Source: a virus
Virus record (IMG/VR): IMGVR_UViG_3300035698_015968
Length of the DNA: 31,242 nucleotides
Direction: 5' to 3' (one strand)
Positions 14,901 to 23,848 of the stretch are shown in pieces. Position 1 is the stretch's first letter. Every line of letters starts with the position of its first letter. The notes below the pieces were generated by a model that saw nothing but the letters and a program-made list of their open reading frames with translations, made no database searches and was not told where the DNA came from. A program made the position numbers and the translations under genes.

Positions 14901-15428
14901 ATGTCAGTAAAGAAGAGAACCTTAAACAATAGCAATAAAAGAGTAAAGTCAGCAAAAAAGGTTACAAAACGTGACTCTGACACGCCTTATAGCGCATGGT
15001 TAGAAGATTACCGAGATACTTTTAGCATGCGTGTAAAACCAATCTCATCATCATTTATAACACGACTTTCAAAAGAGCTTGTAAAGTGGTCTGTCTCTAG
15101 TGATTCAGCGCTTACACTTGGTAAGTTCTATATCATGAAAGGTATATTAAAAAAAACATTTTATAAATGGGTAAAGAAATATCCTGAAATGACAGACGCT
15201 CATTCTGTTGCTATGCAGATTATAGGCATACGAAGAGAAGAGGGAGCATTAACGCGTAAGCTTGAGCCTTCTACGGTGAAACATACAATGCCACTCTATT
15301 GTGAAGATATAAGAGAGCTTGAAGTGTGGAGATCTAAGCTCAAAGAGAATGAGAATTCTCATGTAGCGCCAAGTGTTATTGTTCTTGATAGCATTCCAAA
15401 CTCACCACTCGTTCCCAAAAAGAAGTAA
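14901..15428 (+). CDS. Terminase small subunit (putative)
   Basis: SD AAGGAG upstream. It lies immediately upstream of terL and has a basic N-terminus. The segment FYKWVKKYPEMTDAHSVAMQIIGIRREEGAL resembles the HTH-plus-helix layout of small terminases. Confidence 0.55.
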   Translation: MSVKKRTLNNSNKRVKSAKKVTKRDSDTPYSAWLEDYRDTFSMRVKPISSSFITRLSKELVKWSVSSDSALTLGKFYIMKGILKKTFYKWVKKYPEMTDAHSVAMQIIGIRREEGALTRKLEPSTVKHTMPLYCEDIRELEVWRSKLKENENSHVAPSVIVLDSIPNSPLVPKKK

Positions 15429-15435
15429 AGAGTAC

Positions 15436-16806
15436 ATGAAATTAAAAATAGAGACACGATTAAAGCTTAATAGATTTAAGCCTCGCTCTTATCAGATACC
15501 TATCATGGATGCTTTATTCAACAAGGGCTACAAACGTATTCTTGCTGTATGGGCACGCCGTAGTGGAAAGGATGTTTTAGGATGGAATTGTATGATCCGA
15601 GCTGCATTGCTAAAGCCTGGTGTTTATTTTTATTGTGCGCCTACGTATTCACACGGGAGAAAGATAATATGGGACTCAATGACAAATGATGGTTTTAAGT
15701 TTTTAGACTATATACCATCAGAACTTATAGAGCGAAAGAATGACCAACAGATGAAACTTCATCTTGTTAATGGGTCATTGATCCAGGTGATTGGTTCAGA
15801 CTCTTACGATAGAAGTTTAGTAGGTTCTAACCCGCTTGGTATCGTGTTTACTGAGTGGGCCTTAGCAGATCCAAGAGCGTTCCAGTATGCTCGTCCTATT
15901 TTGGCAGCAAATGATGGTTGGGCCATGTTTTTGAGTACACCACGAGCAAAGAATCATTTTTATGAGTTATATCAGATAGCATCAAATCATCCTGATTGGT
16001 ATTCGAGTTTTCTTACGGTAATGGATACTGGCCATATATCTCTCGAGACAATACAGAAAGAGAGATATTCTGGTTTAATAAGTGAAGATCTTATACAACA
16101 AGAGTATTTCTGTAGCTTTACGCTCGGAGTTGAAGGATCATATTATTCTAAATACATTGATCGCATGAAACTTAAGGGTCAAATAGGTAGTGTTCCATGG
16201 GAAAGTGCATTCTCTGTTCATACAGCATGGGATTTAGGGGTTCGTGACTCAACTTGCATTATCTTCTTTCAGACTATTGGTCAGACGGTACGTATCATTG
16301 ATTGTTATGAGAATAGCAAAGAAGGTCTTGAGCATTATGTGAATGTTATCAAGAACAAACCGTATACGTATGGTAGACATATAGCCCCTCATGACATTGC
16401 TGTAAAAGAATGGGGTTCAGGATTAACGCGTATTGAGAAGGCAAAGCAGTTAGGAGTAAAGTTTATGACTGCTGCCAACATTAGTATTATTGATGGTATA
16501 GAGGTTGTGCGTTCCTCTTTAGGTAAGATTTGGATTGATAATACTCAATGCGTTAGTTTAATAAAATCTATTGAGGGATATAGACAAGAGTATGATCATA
16601 AGCGAAAGGTATATAAAGCACATCCATTGCATGATAGTAATTCTCATTTTGCTGATGCTATGAGATACCTTTGTATTTCTTTACCTAAGGTTAAAAACAC
16701 AACTACACCAGAAGAATTAGATAGACGATACGCTGAAACACTCTATGGTCGTAATAATAACAGTAATATGCCATCGATATTTAGAGACGATCTACCACAC
16801 TATTGA
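15436..16806 (+). CDS. terL: Terminase large subunit
   Basis: Walker-A-like VWARRSGKD near the N-terminus and a C-terminal nuclease-like region (HTAWDLGVRDSTCIIFFQ...). The start is moved to the ATG at 15436, directly after the TerS stop at 15426-15428; the track start 15373 overlaps TerS. Confidence 0.85.
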   Translation: MKLKIETRLKLNRFKPRSYQIPIMDALFNKGYKRILAVWARRSGKDVLGWNCMIRAALLKPGVYFYCAPTYSHGRKIIWDSMTNDGFKFLDYIPSELIERKNDQQMKLHLVNGSLIQVIGSDSYDRSLVGSNPLGIVFTEWALADPRAFQYARPILAANDGWAMFLSTPRAKNHFYELYQIASNHPDWYSSFLTVMDTGHISLETIQKERYSGLISEDLIQQEYFCSFTLGVEGSYYSKYIDRMKLKGQIGSVPWESAFSVHTAWDLGVRDSTCIIFFQTIGQTVRIIDCYENSKEGLEHYVNVIKNKPYTYGRHIAPHDIAVKEWGSGLTRIEKAKQLGVKFMTAANISIIDGIEVVRSSLGKIWIDNTQCVSLIKSIEGYRQEYDHKRKVYKAHPLHDSNSHFADAMRYLCISLPKVKNTTTPEELDRRYAETLYGRNNNSNMPSIFRDDLPHY

Positions 16807-16823
16807 AGTACCTTATAAGTTAT

Positions 16824-16838
16824 GGCCCCACGTGGGCC
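16824..16838. other. GC-rich palindromic hairpin between convergent terL and the acidic-protein gene
   Basis: ggccc-cacgt-gggcc contains the 10-bp palindrome cccacgtggg. There is no clear U-tract. Confidence 0.35.
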
Positions 16839-16847
16839 CGTAACTAC

Positions 16848-17216
16848 TTAATTTTTGGCAACGAATTCCTCTTCTTCTTTTATTTCAAAGTAGGCTTTTG
16901 TGATAGCTCTTTTTTGTATATCTTTGAGACTATCTAATACTTCTTCCAGCTCAAATTCATTGATATTCTTAGCAAATATTTTTAGTGCTCTTGGGGTTAA
17001 AGAATCTTTTGAAGTAATGTCATTGTTTAGGATGAATAGTCTTAATTCATAAAGAACATCATATTTATCTCCACCAACTCTGCATAAAATTTCATCGTTA
17101 TTTCCAGCATCTCTTTCTTCTTCGATTAATTCGCAATATTCTTCTACTCCTCGTTCGATGATATAATTGATCATTTCTTCATTTGTCTTGGTCAATTCTT
17201 TGTTTATATTTTTCAT
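16848..17216 (-). CDS. Acidic hypothetical protein (122 aa; 29 D+E versus 18 K+R)
   Basis: SD AGAAGGA upstream. It is driven by a perfect consensus promoter and is oriented opposite to the packaging genes. Confidence 0.65.
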   Translation of the reverse strand: MKNINKELTKTNEEMINYIIERGVEEYCELIEEERDAGNNDEILCRVGGDKYDVLYELRLFILNNDITSKDSLTPRALKIFAKNINEFELEEVLDSLKDIQKRAITKAYFEIKEEEEFVAKN

Positions 17217-17261
17217 TTTTATCCTTCTGATTGTTTATCTGTTTCCTTACCTTCTACTATA

Positions 17262-17290
17262 ATTATAGCATAGTTTGGTAAGGTTGTCAA
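17262..17290 (-). promoter_or_regulatory. Perfect consensus sigma70 promoter (TTGACA-17-TATAAT) reading leftward
   Basis: The reverse complement of 17262-17290 is TTGACAaccttaccaaactatgcTATAAT. Confidence 0.65.
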
Positions 17291-17312
17291 GGTTGGTAGT
17301 CTATGTTATACT
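17284..17312 (+). promoter_or_regulatory. Rightward promoter TTGTCA-17-TATACT whose -35 overlaps the -35 of the leftward promoter
   Basis: TTGTCA 17284-17289, TATACT 17307-17312. The direct repeat AAGGTTG (17280-17286 and 17289-17295) spans the shared -35 region. Confidence 0.5.
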
Positions 17313-17405
17313 TATAATAGGTGAAAGAGATACTTATTAATTACATACGGGGATAAAAATAATGGAATCATCAAAAAAACAGCTTATTGCTATGAGTAGT
17401 AAAGA

Positions 17406-17591
17406 ATGATGAATTTTAAAGACTTCTTAATGATAACAGAAGCAGCTGAGTTTCTGGGAGTTCATAAAAATACACTTCGTAATTGGGAAAAAGCTAAAAG
17501 AATAAAGGTGTATTATCATCCTATTTCAAAGTATAGATTCTATAAGAAAGAAGATTTAGAGGCTATTTTAAATAGTTTTAAGGTCGATTAA
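17406..17591 (+). CDS. MerR/excisionase-family HTH protein (61 aa); Xis-like or Cro-like regulator
   Basis: LMITEAAEFLGVHKNTLRNWEKAKRIKVYYHPISKYRFYKKEDLEAIL matches the excisionase/MerR-type HTH pattern. A 15-codon upstream ORF (17362-17409) overlaps its start. Confidence 0.65.
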   Translation: MMNFKDFLMITEAAEFLGVHKNTLRNWEKAKRIKVYYHPISKYRFYKKEDLEAILNSFKVD

Positions 17592-17784
17592 AAAGTTGGG
17601 TTCAAGATTGTATCTTCTCAAAAGTGAGTACTACAGATTGTTTTGGTGAAATCATATCCAAATCAGTGGGGTGAGATTTCTCGTAGTATGTTAAGGGGTT
17701 ACTTACCATTTGAGGAAAAGTGGAAACGGCCTGAATAAAAATAAGTTTATTAAAGGGCGAGTATGAATGTAAAGGATGTAAAAA

Positions 17785-18000
17785 ATGAAAATAAAAGGTC
17801 TTGAAGAGTTTTTAGAAAAGAGTGGCTTGTTTGATCCTAAATATAATCAGGATTACCTTAAGTCAGGAGCCGTAAGAAACTTGTATAAACTGTTGAGAAA
17901 TAGTGGTATGTCTGACGAATTAATAGAAGAGCGTATTAAGATATTTCTTTGTCGGTTAGATTGTTCTGGCAATAAGCCTAGAAGTGATGGCAAAATGTAG
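17785..18000 (+). CDS. Hypothetical protein (71 aa)
   Basis: SD AAAGGA upstream. No motif recognised. Confidence 0.45.
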   Translation: MKIKGLEEFLEKSGLFDPKYNQDYLKSGAVRNLYKLLRNSGMSDELIEERIKIFLCRLDCSGNKPRSDGKM

Positions 18001-18382
18001 TATTATAAGGCGGTTAATAAAAACTCATCAAATAAAAGGATTGTCAGTGAACAAGGATAAAGCATTAGAGCACGCAATGGCATGGGCTATACAGCATATT
18101 TATAAGATAAATAAAGAGGCTCAAGATTTACTTAAAAATAAAGAGATGGATGAGGCGACAAAGATGGAAAGGGTTCATGGTCCTCATGGAACTGACTATC
18201 AATTATTAAATCTCATTTTACTCTTAAAGCCTATGGTAGAGTTTGCAAAAGAATCTTATCTAGATAGAAAAGAATTCTTCCTCTGGTTTGATGAAAAATG
18301 GTCAGTTATACAAGAGAAGAAAATGATTGAAGGTGATTGTGGTTGTAAGGGATGTAGAAAAGAGGATGCACCCAAGGTTTAA
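17984..18382 (+). CDS. Hypothetical protein (132 aa), C-terminal CGCKGC motif
   Basis: Open frame overlapping the previous ORF by 17 nt. No motif recognised. Confidence 0.45.
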   Translation: MMAKCSIIRRLIKTHQIKGLSVNKDKALEHAMAWAIQHIYKINKEAQDLLKNKEMDEATKMERVHGPHGTDYQLLNLILLLKPMVEFAKESYLDRKEFFLWFDEKWSVIQEKKMIEGDCGCKGCRKEDAPKV

Positions 18383-18425
18383 TGTGCTATCTTTTTCCTA
18401 GAAACTTTTTAAAAAAGGAATTAGT

Positions 18426-20423
18426 GTGCCTTTATTCCCTCAATTAGGACCTCAGTACTATAATGAGAAAAACCGCGGTGTCTTGAGCCGTATGGAAGCA
18501 TTCTATGCTGAGGCTATTACTATTAACCAGTCCTTCTGGAGTGAAGCAGATACCGACACTCGCTTTGAAGCAGGTGATCAGACTTTGTGGAACGATATTT
18601 ACGGATCTATCCCCATAAATCGTAGAAAACAGTTTAACTTCAATAGAATTCGTCGTGTTGTAAACATGATATCTGGTAATCAGAGACGGAATAGAAAGTC
18701 TATAATCGCAGTTCCTACAGAGAATGGTGATGCAGATACTGCTGATCAGTTTTCAAAGATACTTATGTGGCTTTCACAGCAAGAAGGTGTGTTAGAAACG
18801 ATCTCTGATTCGTTTCATGGATCATTAGTAACGGGTATGAACCTCTTACAGGTATGGATGGATTATCGTCGTGATCCTATTTCTGGTGATATACGTGTAG
18901 ATAACTGTGCTTATAATAGTTTTCTTATTGACCCCTTCTTTAAGAAAGCTGATTTATCTGATTGTAATGGATTATGGAAGCGTTCATTTGTTTCTAAAAA
19001 AGAAGCTCTTTCTCTTCTCCCTGATCAAGCAGATGAAATAATGGGAATGCAGGGTCAAGCTGGCGGAGGAAAAGATGGGAAGTTTGAATTTATGCCTGAA
19101 TCATTAAACTCAGGCAATCAAGGTCTTCTTGCGTATGATGAGTACTATTATCGTGATTACAGAACACAGCGCATGCTTGTTGATACGCAAACTGGTGAAA
19201 CGATGGAGTGGAAGTCTTCTAAAGAAGAATCGCTTGAAGAGTTTCTTGCTACCTATCCTCAAGTTACTGTTATTAACCAAGAGGTCCCAACAGTTAAGTT
19301 GGCTATTGTTCTTGAAGGTCGTGTTATGTACGACGGTCCTAATCCTCTTGGGATAGATATTTATCCATTCGTTCCCGTATTTGCTTACTATAATCCTCAA
19401 ATACCTTACTTTCCTTGGAGAATACAGGGTGTTGTTCGTGGACTACGAGATGCGCAATATTTGTATAATAGAAGAAGACAAATAGAATTAGATATTCTTG
19501 AATCGCAACTGAATTCAGGTTGGGTTTATAAGGAAAATGCTTTAGTTAATCCAAAAGATGTCTTTCTTTCAGCTCAAGGTCGTGGTTTAGCGTTAAAAGA
19601 AGAAGCTAATATGACCGATGTACAACGTATAAATGCTCCTCAAATACCACCTTCTATGATTCAGTTAAGTGAACTATTAGCACGTGAAGTTATGGAGATC
19701 TCTGGTGTTAATGAAGAACTTCTTGGATCTGCTACTGATGATAAGGCTGGTATTCTTTCTATGCTCAGACAAGGAGCAGGACTTACTACGCTTCAAGGAT
19801 TGTTTGATAATCTTGATAATGCACAAAAGCTATTGGGTAAAATTCTTATAGAATTGATTCAGGTTAACTTTACACCAGGAAAAGTTAAAAGAATTATAGA
19901 GGAAGAACCTACTGCTCAGTTTTATAATAAAGCTTTTGGTCGTTATGATGCAGCAGTTGAAGATGGATTAAATACTACCACTCAACGACAAATGCAGTTT
20001 GCCCAGTTATTACATTTACGTGAGGTCGGAGTTCAAGTTCCTGATAGTGTTCTGCTAGAAGCTTCTACATTACAGAACAAGAAACAGCTGACTGAAACTA
20101 TTGCTAAACAAGCTGAACAGCAAGCTCAACAAACAAATGTTCAGATGCAAGCTTCGATGGCAGAATTAGAAGCTCGTATAGAATCTGAGAAAGCACGAGC
20201 GGTAGCTAATAGAGGGCTTGGAATTGAACGAATAAGTCGAGTAGAGGAAAATAAAGCTCTTGCTATTGAAAGAAAAGCAGAGGCTCAAAAAGATAGATTT
20301 AGTGGGATCTTGGATCTTGCTAAGGCTATGAAAGAAATGGAAGATATTGACTTGCGACAGATTGAAAAACTGATCACACTTAGTCAGATGGTTAAGAAGC
20401 AAGAGAGCAATCTTGAGCTTTAA
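18426..20423 (+). CDS. Portal protein
   Basis: GTG start with SD AAGGAA upstream. 665 aa. It sits between the terminase and scaffold/capsid genes. It has a long C-terminal coiled-coil (QAEQQAQQTNVQMQASMAELEARIESEKARAV...), as in barrel-bearing podoviral portals. Confidence 0.75.
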   Translation: MPLFPQLGPQYYNEKNRGVLSRMEAFYAEAITINQSFWSEADTDTRFEAGDQTLWNDIYGSIPINRRKQFNFNRIRRVVNMISGNQRRNRKSIIAVPTENGDADTADQFSKILMWLSQQEGVLETISDSFHGSLVTGMNLLQVWMDYRRDPISGDIRVDNCAYNSFLIDPFFKKADLSDCNGLWKRSFVSKKEALSLLPDQADEIMGMQGQAGGGKDGKFEFMPESLNSGNQGLLAYDEYYYRDYRTQRMLVDTQTGETMEWKSSKEESLEEFLATYPQVTVINQEVPTVKLAIVLEGRVMYDGPNPLGIDIYPFVPVFAYYNPQIPYFPWRIQGVVRGLRDAQYLYNRRRQIELDILESQLNSGWVYKENALVNPKDVFLSAQGRGLALKEEANMTDVQRINAPQIPPSMIQLSELLAREVMEISGVNEELLGSATDDKAGILSMLRQGAGLTTLQGLFDNLDNAQKLLGKILIELIQVNFTPGKVKRIIEEEPTAQFYNKAFGRYDAAVEDGLNTTTQRQMQFAQLLHLREVGVQVPDSVLLEASTLQNKKQLTETIAKQAEQQAQQTNVQMQASMAELEARIESEKARAVANRGLGIERISRVEENKALAIERKAEAQKDRFSGILDLAKAMKEMEDIDLRQIEKLITLSQMVKKQESNLEL

Positions 20424-20479
20424 GTAGTTAGAGGATTTTAACCTTGTCTTGATGACATTTTCTACAAAAAGGACTAATA

Positions 20480-20749
20480 ATGGCAAAAATGATGGCAAAG
20501 AAACGTTACTATGGCTCTGACAATATGGCTGAACGAAAACGTATGGAAGCAGAAGGAGCAGCAATGATCAAAGAAGATCGTAACGCTATCGCTAATCTTC
20601 CTACTGAGGTTATGTTTAAGGCTTATCCACAAGAATCATATAGTTATTATAACCTTAATGATGACATTAAAGGTGTTGATACACAGGTTCGTGATGATGT
20701 AAATAAAGAGCGACGCAAAAGTGGTATGTCGTATCCTGAAAAGTACTAG
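20480..20749 (+). CDS. Small conserved hypothetical protein (89 aa), paralogue of 20952-21287
   Basis: SD AAGGA upstream. Shared motif (M/R)(E/K).EA.GA.(M)IKEDRNAIANLP versus RKREMADAGIVKEDRNAMSNLS. Confidence 0.6.
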   Translation: MAKMMAKKRYYGSDNMAERKRMEAEGAAMIKEDRNAIANLPTEVMFKAYPQESYSYYNLNDDIKGVDTQVRDDVNKERRKSGMSYPEKY

Positions 20750-20904
20750 GATACTTATGCCTGCTATGCCTCGAGCAAAGTGTAAAGCAACTAAGATTGC
20801 GTATGAGATCTTAGGCTTACCGATGAATATTGATTATAAAAAAAATAAGTCCTCCCATAGAAGTCGGCGTCTTATTTATGAAGAAACTCGGTACGTAAAA
20901 TAAT

Positions 20905-20935
20905 AATAGGGGGAAGGCGCAAGTTTTCCCCTATT
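20905..20935. other. Strong stem-loop between the two paralogues
   Basis: aataggggga a-ggcgcaagt-tttcccctatt forms an 11-bp stem including one G-U pair. There is no clean downstream U-tract on the + strand. Confidence 0.5.
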
Positions 20936-20951
20936 ATAAAAAGGAGTCTTT

Positions 20952-21287
20952 ATGGTACAAAAGAAGCTAAAACCACTTAAGGGATCTGCTGCTAAAGTTA
21001 AATCTCGTGAACAAGTGATTCAGTCGTATGAAAATTATAACATCAAGCAAGACATTAAGAATCAGTATGATTATGAGCGCGTACAATCAGCTTATAGTTC
21101 TTTTTATGCTGGTGTAGATCCTCGAAGAAAAAGAGAAATGGCTGATGCTGGAATAGTCAAAGAAGATCGTAATGCAATGTCTAATCTTTCAGGTGTAGGC
21201 TATCAGAAGCAGTTTCCACGGGCTGGTTATTATGCTAATCCATACATTCAAGATAGTGTTAAAAAAATAAACTTTGATGTTGAATAG
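20952..21287 (+). CDS. Small conserved hypothetical protein (111 aa), paralogue of 20480-20749
   Basis: SD AAGGAG upstream. KEDRNAMSNL motif. Confidence 0.6.
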   Translation: MVQKKLKPLKGSAAKVKSREQVIQSYENYNIKQDIKNQYDYERVQSAYSSFYAGVDPRRKREMADAGIVKEDRNAMSNLSGVGYQKQFPRAGYYANPYIQDSVKKINFDVE

Positions 21288-21383
21288 CAACACGTATAGC
21301 GTATAAATAGCTTCATTGCTGCTTCTTTATGATATATAGTGTTTCGTATTCATTTAATTAAAGCAGTAGTGGAGAATAAATAT

Positions 21384-21863
21384 ATGTCACACGAAACGAT
21401 TGGTAAGCAATCATCTAATTTGCTCTTAAAAACACCTGAGACGCGTGATCCTATTGAACTCCAACGTGAAATGCAAAAAGATTATACAAATAGTATTCTT
21501 GAGTGCGTTAAGCGCGGAAAGAAAGATATAGACTCTGAAAGTTTCTATGTAATGGTAGAAACAAAAAAAGAACGTCTTATGCAGAATGTTATAAGAAACT
21601 ACTTCTTCTTTAGACGCACATGCCCAACCCCAACATACGATCAGACAGTTTATTTTTATGATAGACCATCTGATCGTATTGAATTTCTATGGGTAGTACC
21701 ATCTAAACATACGTGTATTTTGTTAAAAACTAACGCACTAAGTGTTGCTGAGGAAGAACGAGAACTTTTAAAGCACGTCTTAGACTTTGAGGACAATACT
21801 TTATTACAATTAGCAAAGAAGCGTAATGGAGAGCAGTTAAATACAATACTTTTACAATCATAA
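21384..21863 (+). CDS. Hypothetical protein (159 aa)
   Basis: The start is moved to the ATG at 21384, which has SD GGAGA; the track start 21339 is a GTG with no SD. No function recognised. Confidence 0.55.
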   Translation: MSHETIGKQSSNLLLKTPETRDPIELQREMQKDYTNSILECVKRGKKDIDSESFYVMVETKKERLMQNVIRNYFFFRRTCPTPTYDQTVYFYDRPSDRIEFLWVVPSKHTCILLKTNALSVAEEERELLKHVLDFEDNTLLQLAKKRNGEQLNTILLQS

Positions 21864-21884
21864 AAAGAACAAGAGAGGAATACT

Positions 21885-22715
21885 ATGTTTGATATGAAAT
21901 ACGATAAAGATGGCCGACCGGTTCCACAGAAAGAAACATTAGACAAGCTTCAAGAAGATCCAAATACTCCTATTGCAAATGATGTTGCGCAGGAAGAAGT
22001 TGTGCAACGTGTTGCACAGGAGGAAACTACTGATGAAGCAGGCATTAATGAAAATGAAATGCAAATAGATAGTGAAAAAAATACAATCAAAGACGATAAC
22101 TTCAAGCGTTTGAGGGAAAAAACTTCTCGTTTGGAGCAAGAGAGAAATGAAGCTATCCAATATGCTAAAGACTTAGAGAAGCGTTGGAATGCTAAGCAAG
22201 AGCCTGCAAAAGAAGTTGTTCCAGAACAAGATTTACATCTTAATCCTGATGATCTTGTAGAGGGCAAGCATTTAAGTAAGTATGATAAAAGAATGCTTAT
22301 GCTTGAGAAAAAGTTACAGAGTTATGAGCAAGTGTCTTCAGAGTCGCGCATAGAGGCGAAGTTAAATAATAATTTTCCGGACTTTGCTTCTGTTGTATCA
22401 AATGAAAATGTAAATGCATTGCGTGACATGGATCCTGACTTGGCTTTAGCGATTTCGCATACACCAGATCTTTATAAAAAAGCCGCTCTTGCCTATAAAA
22501 CAATAAAAAGGCTCGGTATTGGCCAGAAAGATGCGTTTGTTAAAGATAGGGAGATAGCAAAGCAGAATTCTTTAAAGCCTAAGACTCTACATGCTGTTTC
22601 GCCTCAGCGTGGAAGTTCTCCGATGTCTCATGCGAACGCCTTTGCTAATGGATTAACGCCTGAATTGCGCGATCAATTGAGAAGAGAAATGAATGCTGCA
22701 AGGAAGAATTCATAG
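21885..22715 (+). CDS. Scaffolding protein (putative)
   Basis: SD GAGGAA upstream. Highly charged with helical/coiled-coil character. It lies directly upstream of the major capsid gene. Confidence 0.5.
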   Translation: MFDMKYDKDGRPVPQKETLDKLQEDPNTPIANDVAQEEVVQRVAQEETTDEAGINENEMQIDSEKNTIKDDNFKRLREKTSRLEQERNEAIQYAKDLEKRWNAKQEPAKEVVPEQDLHLNPDDLVEGKHLSKYDKRMLMLEKKLQSYEQVSSESRIEAKLNNNFPDFASVVSNENVNALRDMDPDLALAISHTPDLYKKAALAYKTIKRLGIGQKDAFVKDREIAKQNSLKPKTLHAVSPQRGSSPMSHANAFANGLTPELRDQLRREMNAARKNS

Positions 22716-22890
22716 TATTTCGTTTCGGTTGTAACGGTTATATATAAAAAGTATATTTAAGATGAGTGTAATGAAGACTCACTCACTTCTATCGGCTGTA
22801 TGATCAATTCGCCACGATCATGACGTACTTTTTAAGCCTCGTCAGCTTAAGGTTTTTATGTGTTAGATGTATAAACTTTAAGGATTCTTT

Positions 22891-23838
22891 ATGCCTGTTA
22901 CGACTACGAGTTTGTTGCCGGCTCCAGTACAACAAAGTTTTAGTTATAAACTGTTGTCTGTTCCTGTACCAAACATGATCCATAAAATACCTGCGATGAA
23001 GAAAGCTATGCCAAGGAATGGCGGACGTACATTACGTATGCGTCGTTATAATCCTTTGCCGAGTGCTCTTGTTCCTCTTGGAAACACAGGAATTACACCT
23101 CCTTCAGTTGCTTTATCTGCAATAGATATTGATGCTCGCATTGATTTCTACGGGCAGTACATTCAATTGAATGAGCAAGTTACTTTGCAAAACCAAGATC
23201 CAGTTCTAAATGAAGCAGCGGCTCGTTTAGGTGTTTCTCTTCGTCAAACTGAAGATGAGCTTACACGTAATATGCTTGCTAGTACTGCAGCATTTATTAA
23301 CTGTGTTGGTGGAGTAAACGGAGATAACCCAACTGAAATTACTCGTTTTGATGTGAATGAAGTTGTGCGTACTCTTCTTGATAATGATGCTTACACCATC
23401 ATGGACAATATTGAGGGTGAAGATAAATTTGGAACAGCTCCAGTTCGTGATGCATATTTTGCATTAGGATCTACTCAGCTTACTGGTGATCTTGATAACG
23501 TTGCTGGTTTTATCCATAAAAATCAATATCCATCACCTATGGATGCTTTGCGTTCAGAGTGGGGAGCTATTGGTAACCTTCGTTTCCTTGTTTCTTCTAT
23601 TGGTTCTGTTTCTCCTAATGCTTCTGTGTTAGACAATAATGTATATAACGTTTTCTGTGTTGGTATGGAAGCGTATGCATGTATAGAACAAGATGGATAC
23701 AGCTCAACATTTATTTATAGACCACCTATATATGATGGACCGTTAGCACTTAATGCCTCTGTTGGTTATAAGTTTGCTGAAGTTCCTCGTATTACGAATG
23801 ATCTATGGGTAATTAATATGCGTTGCACAAGATCTTAA
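22891..23838 (+). CDS. Major capsid protein, HK97 fold, N4-gp56-like family
   Basis: SD AAGGA upstream. KKAMPRNGGRTLRMRRYNPLPSALVPLGNTGITPP...IDFYGQYIQLNEQV matches the typical lp.n.G.t..frRy..l....L.EG.tP....YG pattern of this capsid family. Confidence 0.8.
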   Translation: MPVTTTSLLPAPVQQSFSYKLLSVPVPNMIHKIPAMKKAMPRNGGRTLRMRRYNPLPSALVPLGNTGITPPSVALSAIDIDARIDFYGQYIQLNEQVTLQNQDPVLNEAAARLGVSLRQTEDELTRNMLASTAAFINCVGGVNGDNPTEITRFDVNEVVRTLLDNDAYTIMDNIEGEDKFGTAPVRDAYFALGSTQLTGDLDNVAGFIHKNQYPSPMDALRSEWGAIGNLRFLVSSIGSVSPNASVLDNNVYNVFCVGMEAYACIEQDGYSSTFIYRPPIYDGPLALNASVGYKFAEVPRITNDLWVINMRCTRS

Positions 23839-23848
23839 GGAGGTACTT

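Noticed and set aside
15373-15435. N-terminal extension of the large terminase (MLLFLIAFQTHHSFPKRSKEY)
   Set aside because: It overlaps the end of the TerS gene in another frame. The ATG at 15436 follows the TerS stop and begins the conserved region.
20721-20903. 60-aa ORF between the two KEDRNA paralogues
   Set aside because: It has a GTG start overlapping the previous gene, no SD and a basic low-complexity product. An internal ATG at 20757 could give a real 48-aa peptide, but I cannot support it.
19110-22503. Nested ORFs in the portal and scaffold regions (19110-19400, 19129-19356, 20166-20564, 21656-21946, 21939-22160, 21950-22267, 22297-22503)
   Set aside because: They are embedded in or antisense to well-supported genes, and have no SD and no motifs.
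22716-22890. Structured leader or small RNA upstream of the capsid gene
   Set aside because: Only short (5-6 bp) stems are present (tgagtg/cactca, tgatc/gatca, cttaag/cttaag). This is not distinguishable from chance without folding statistics.
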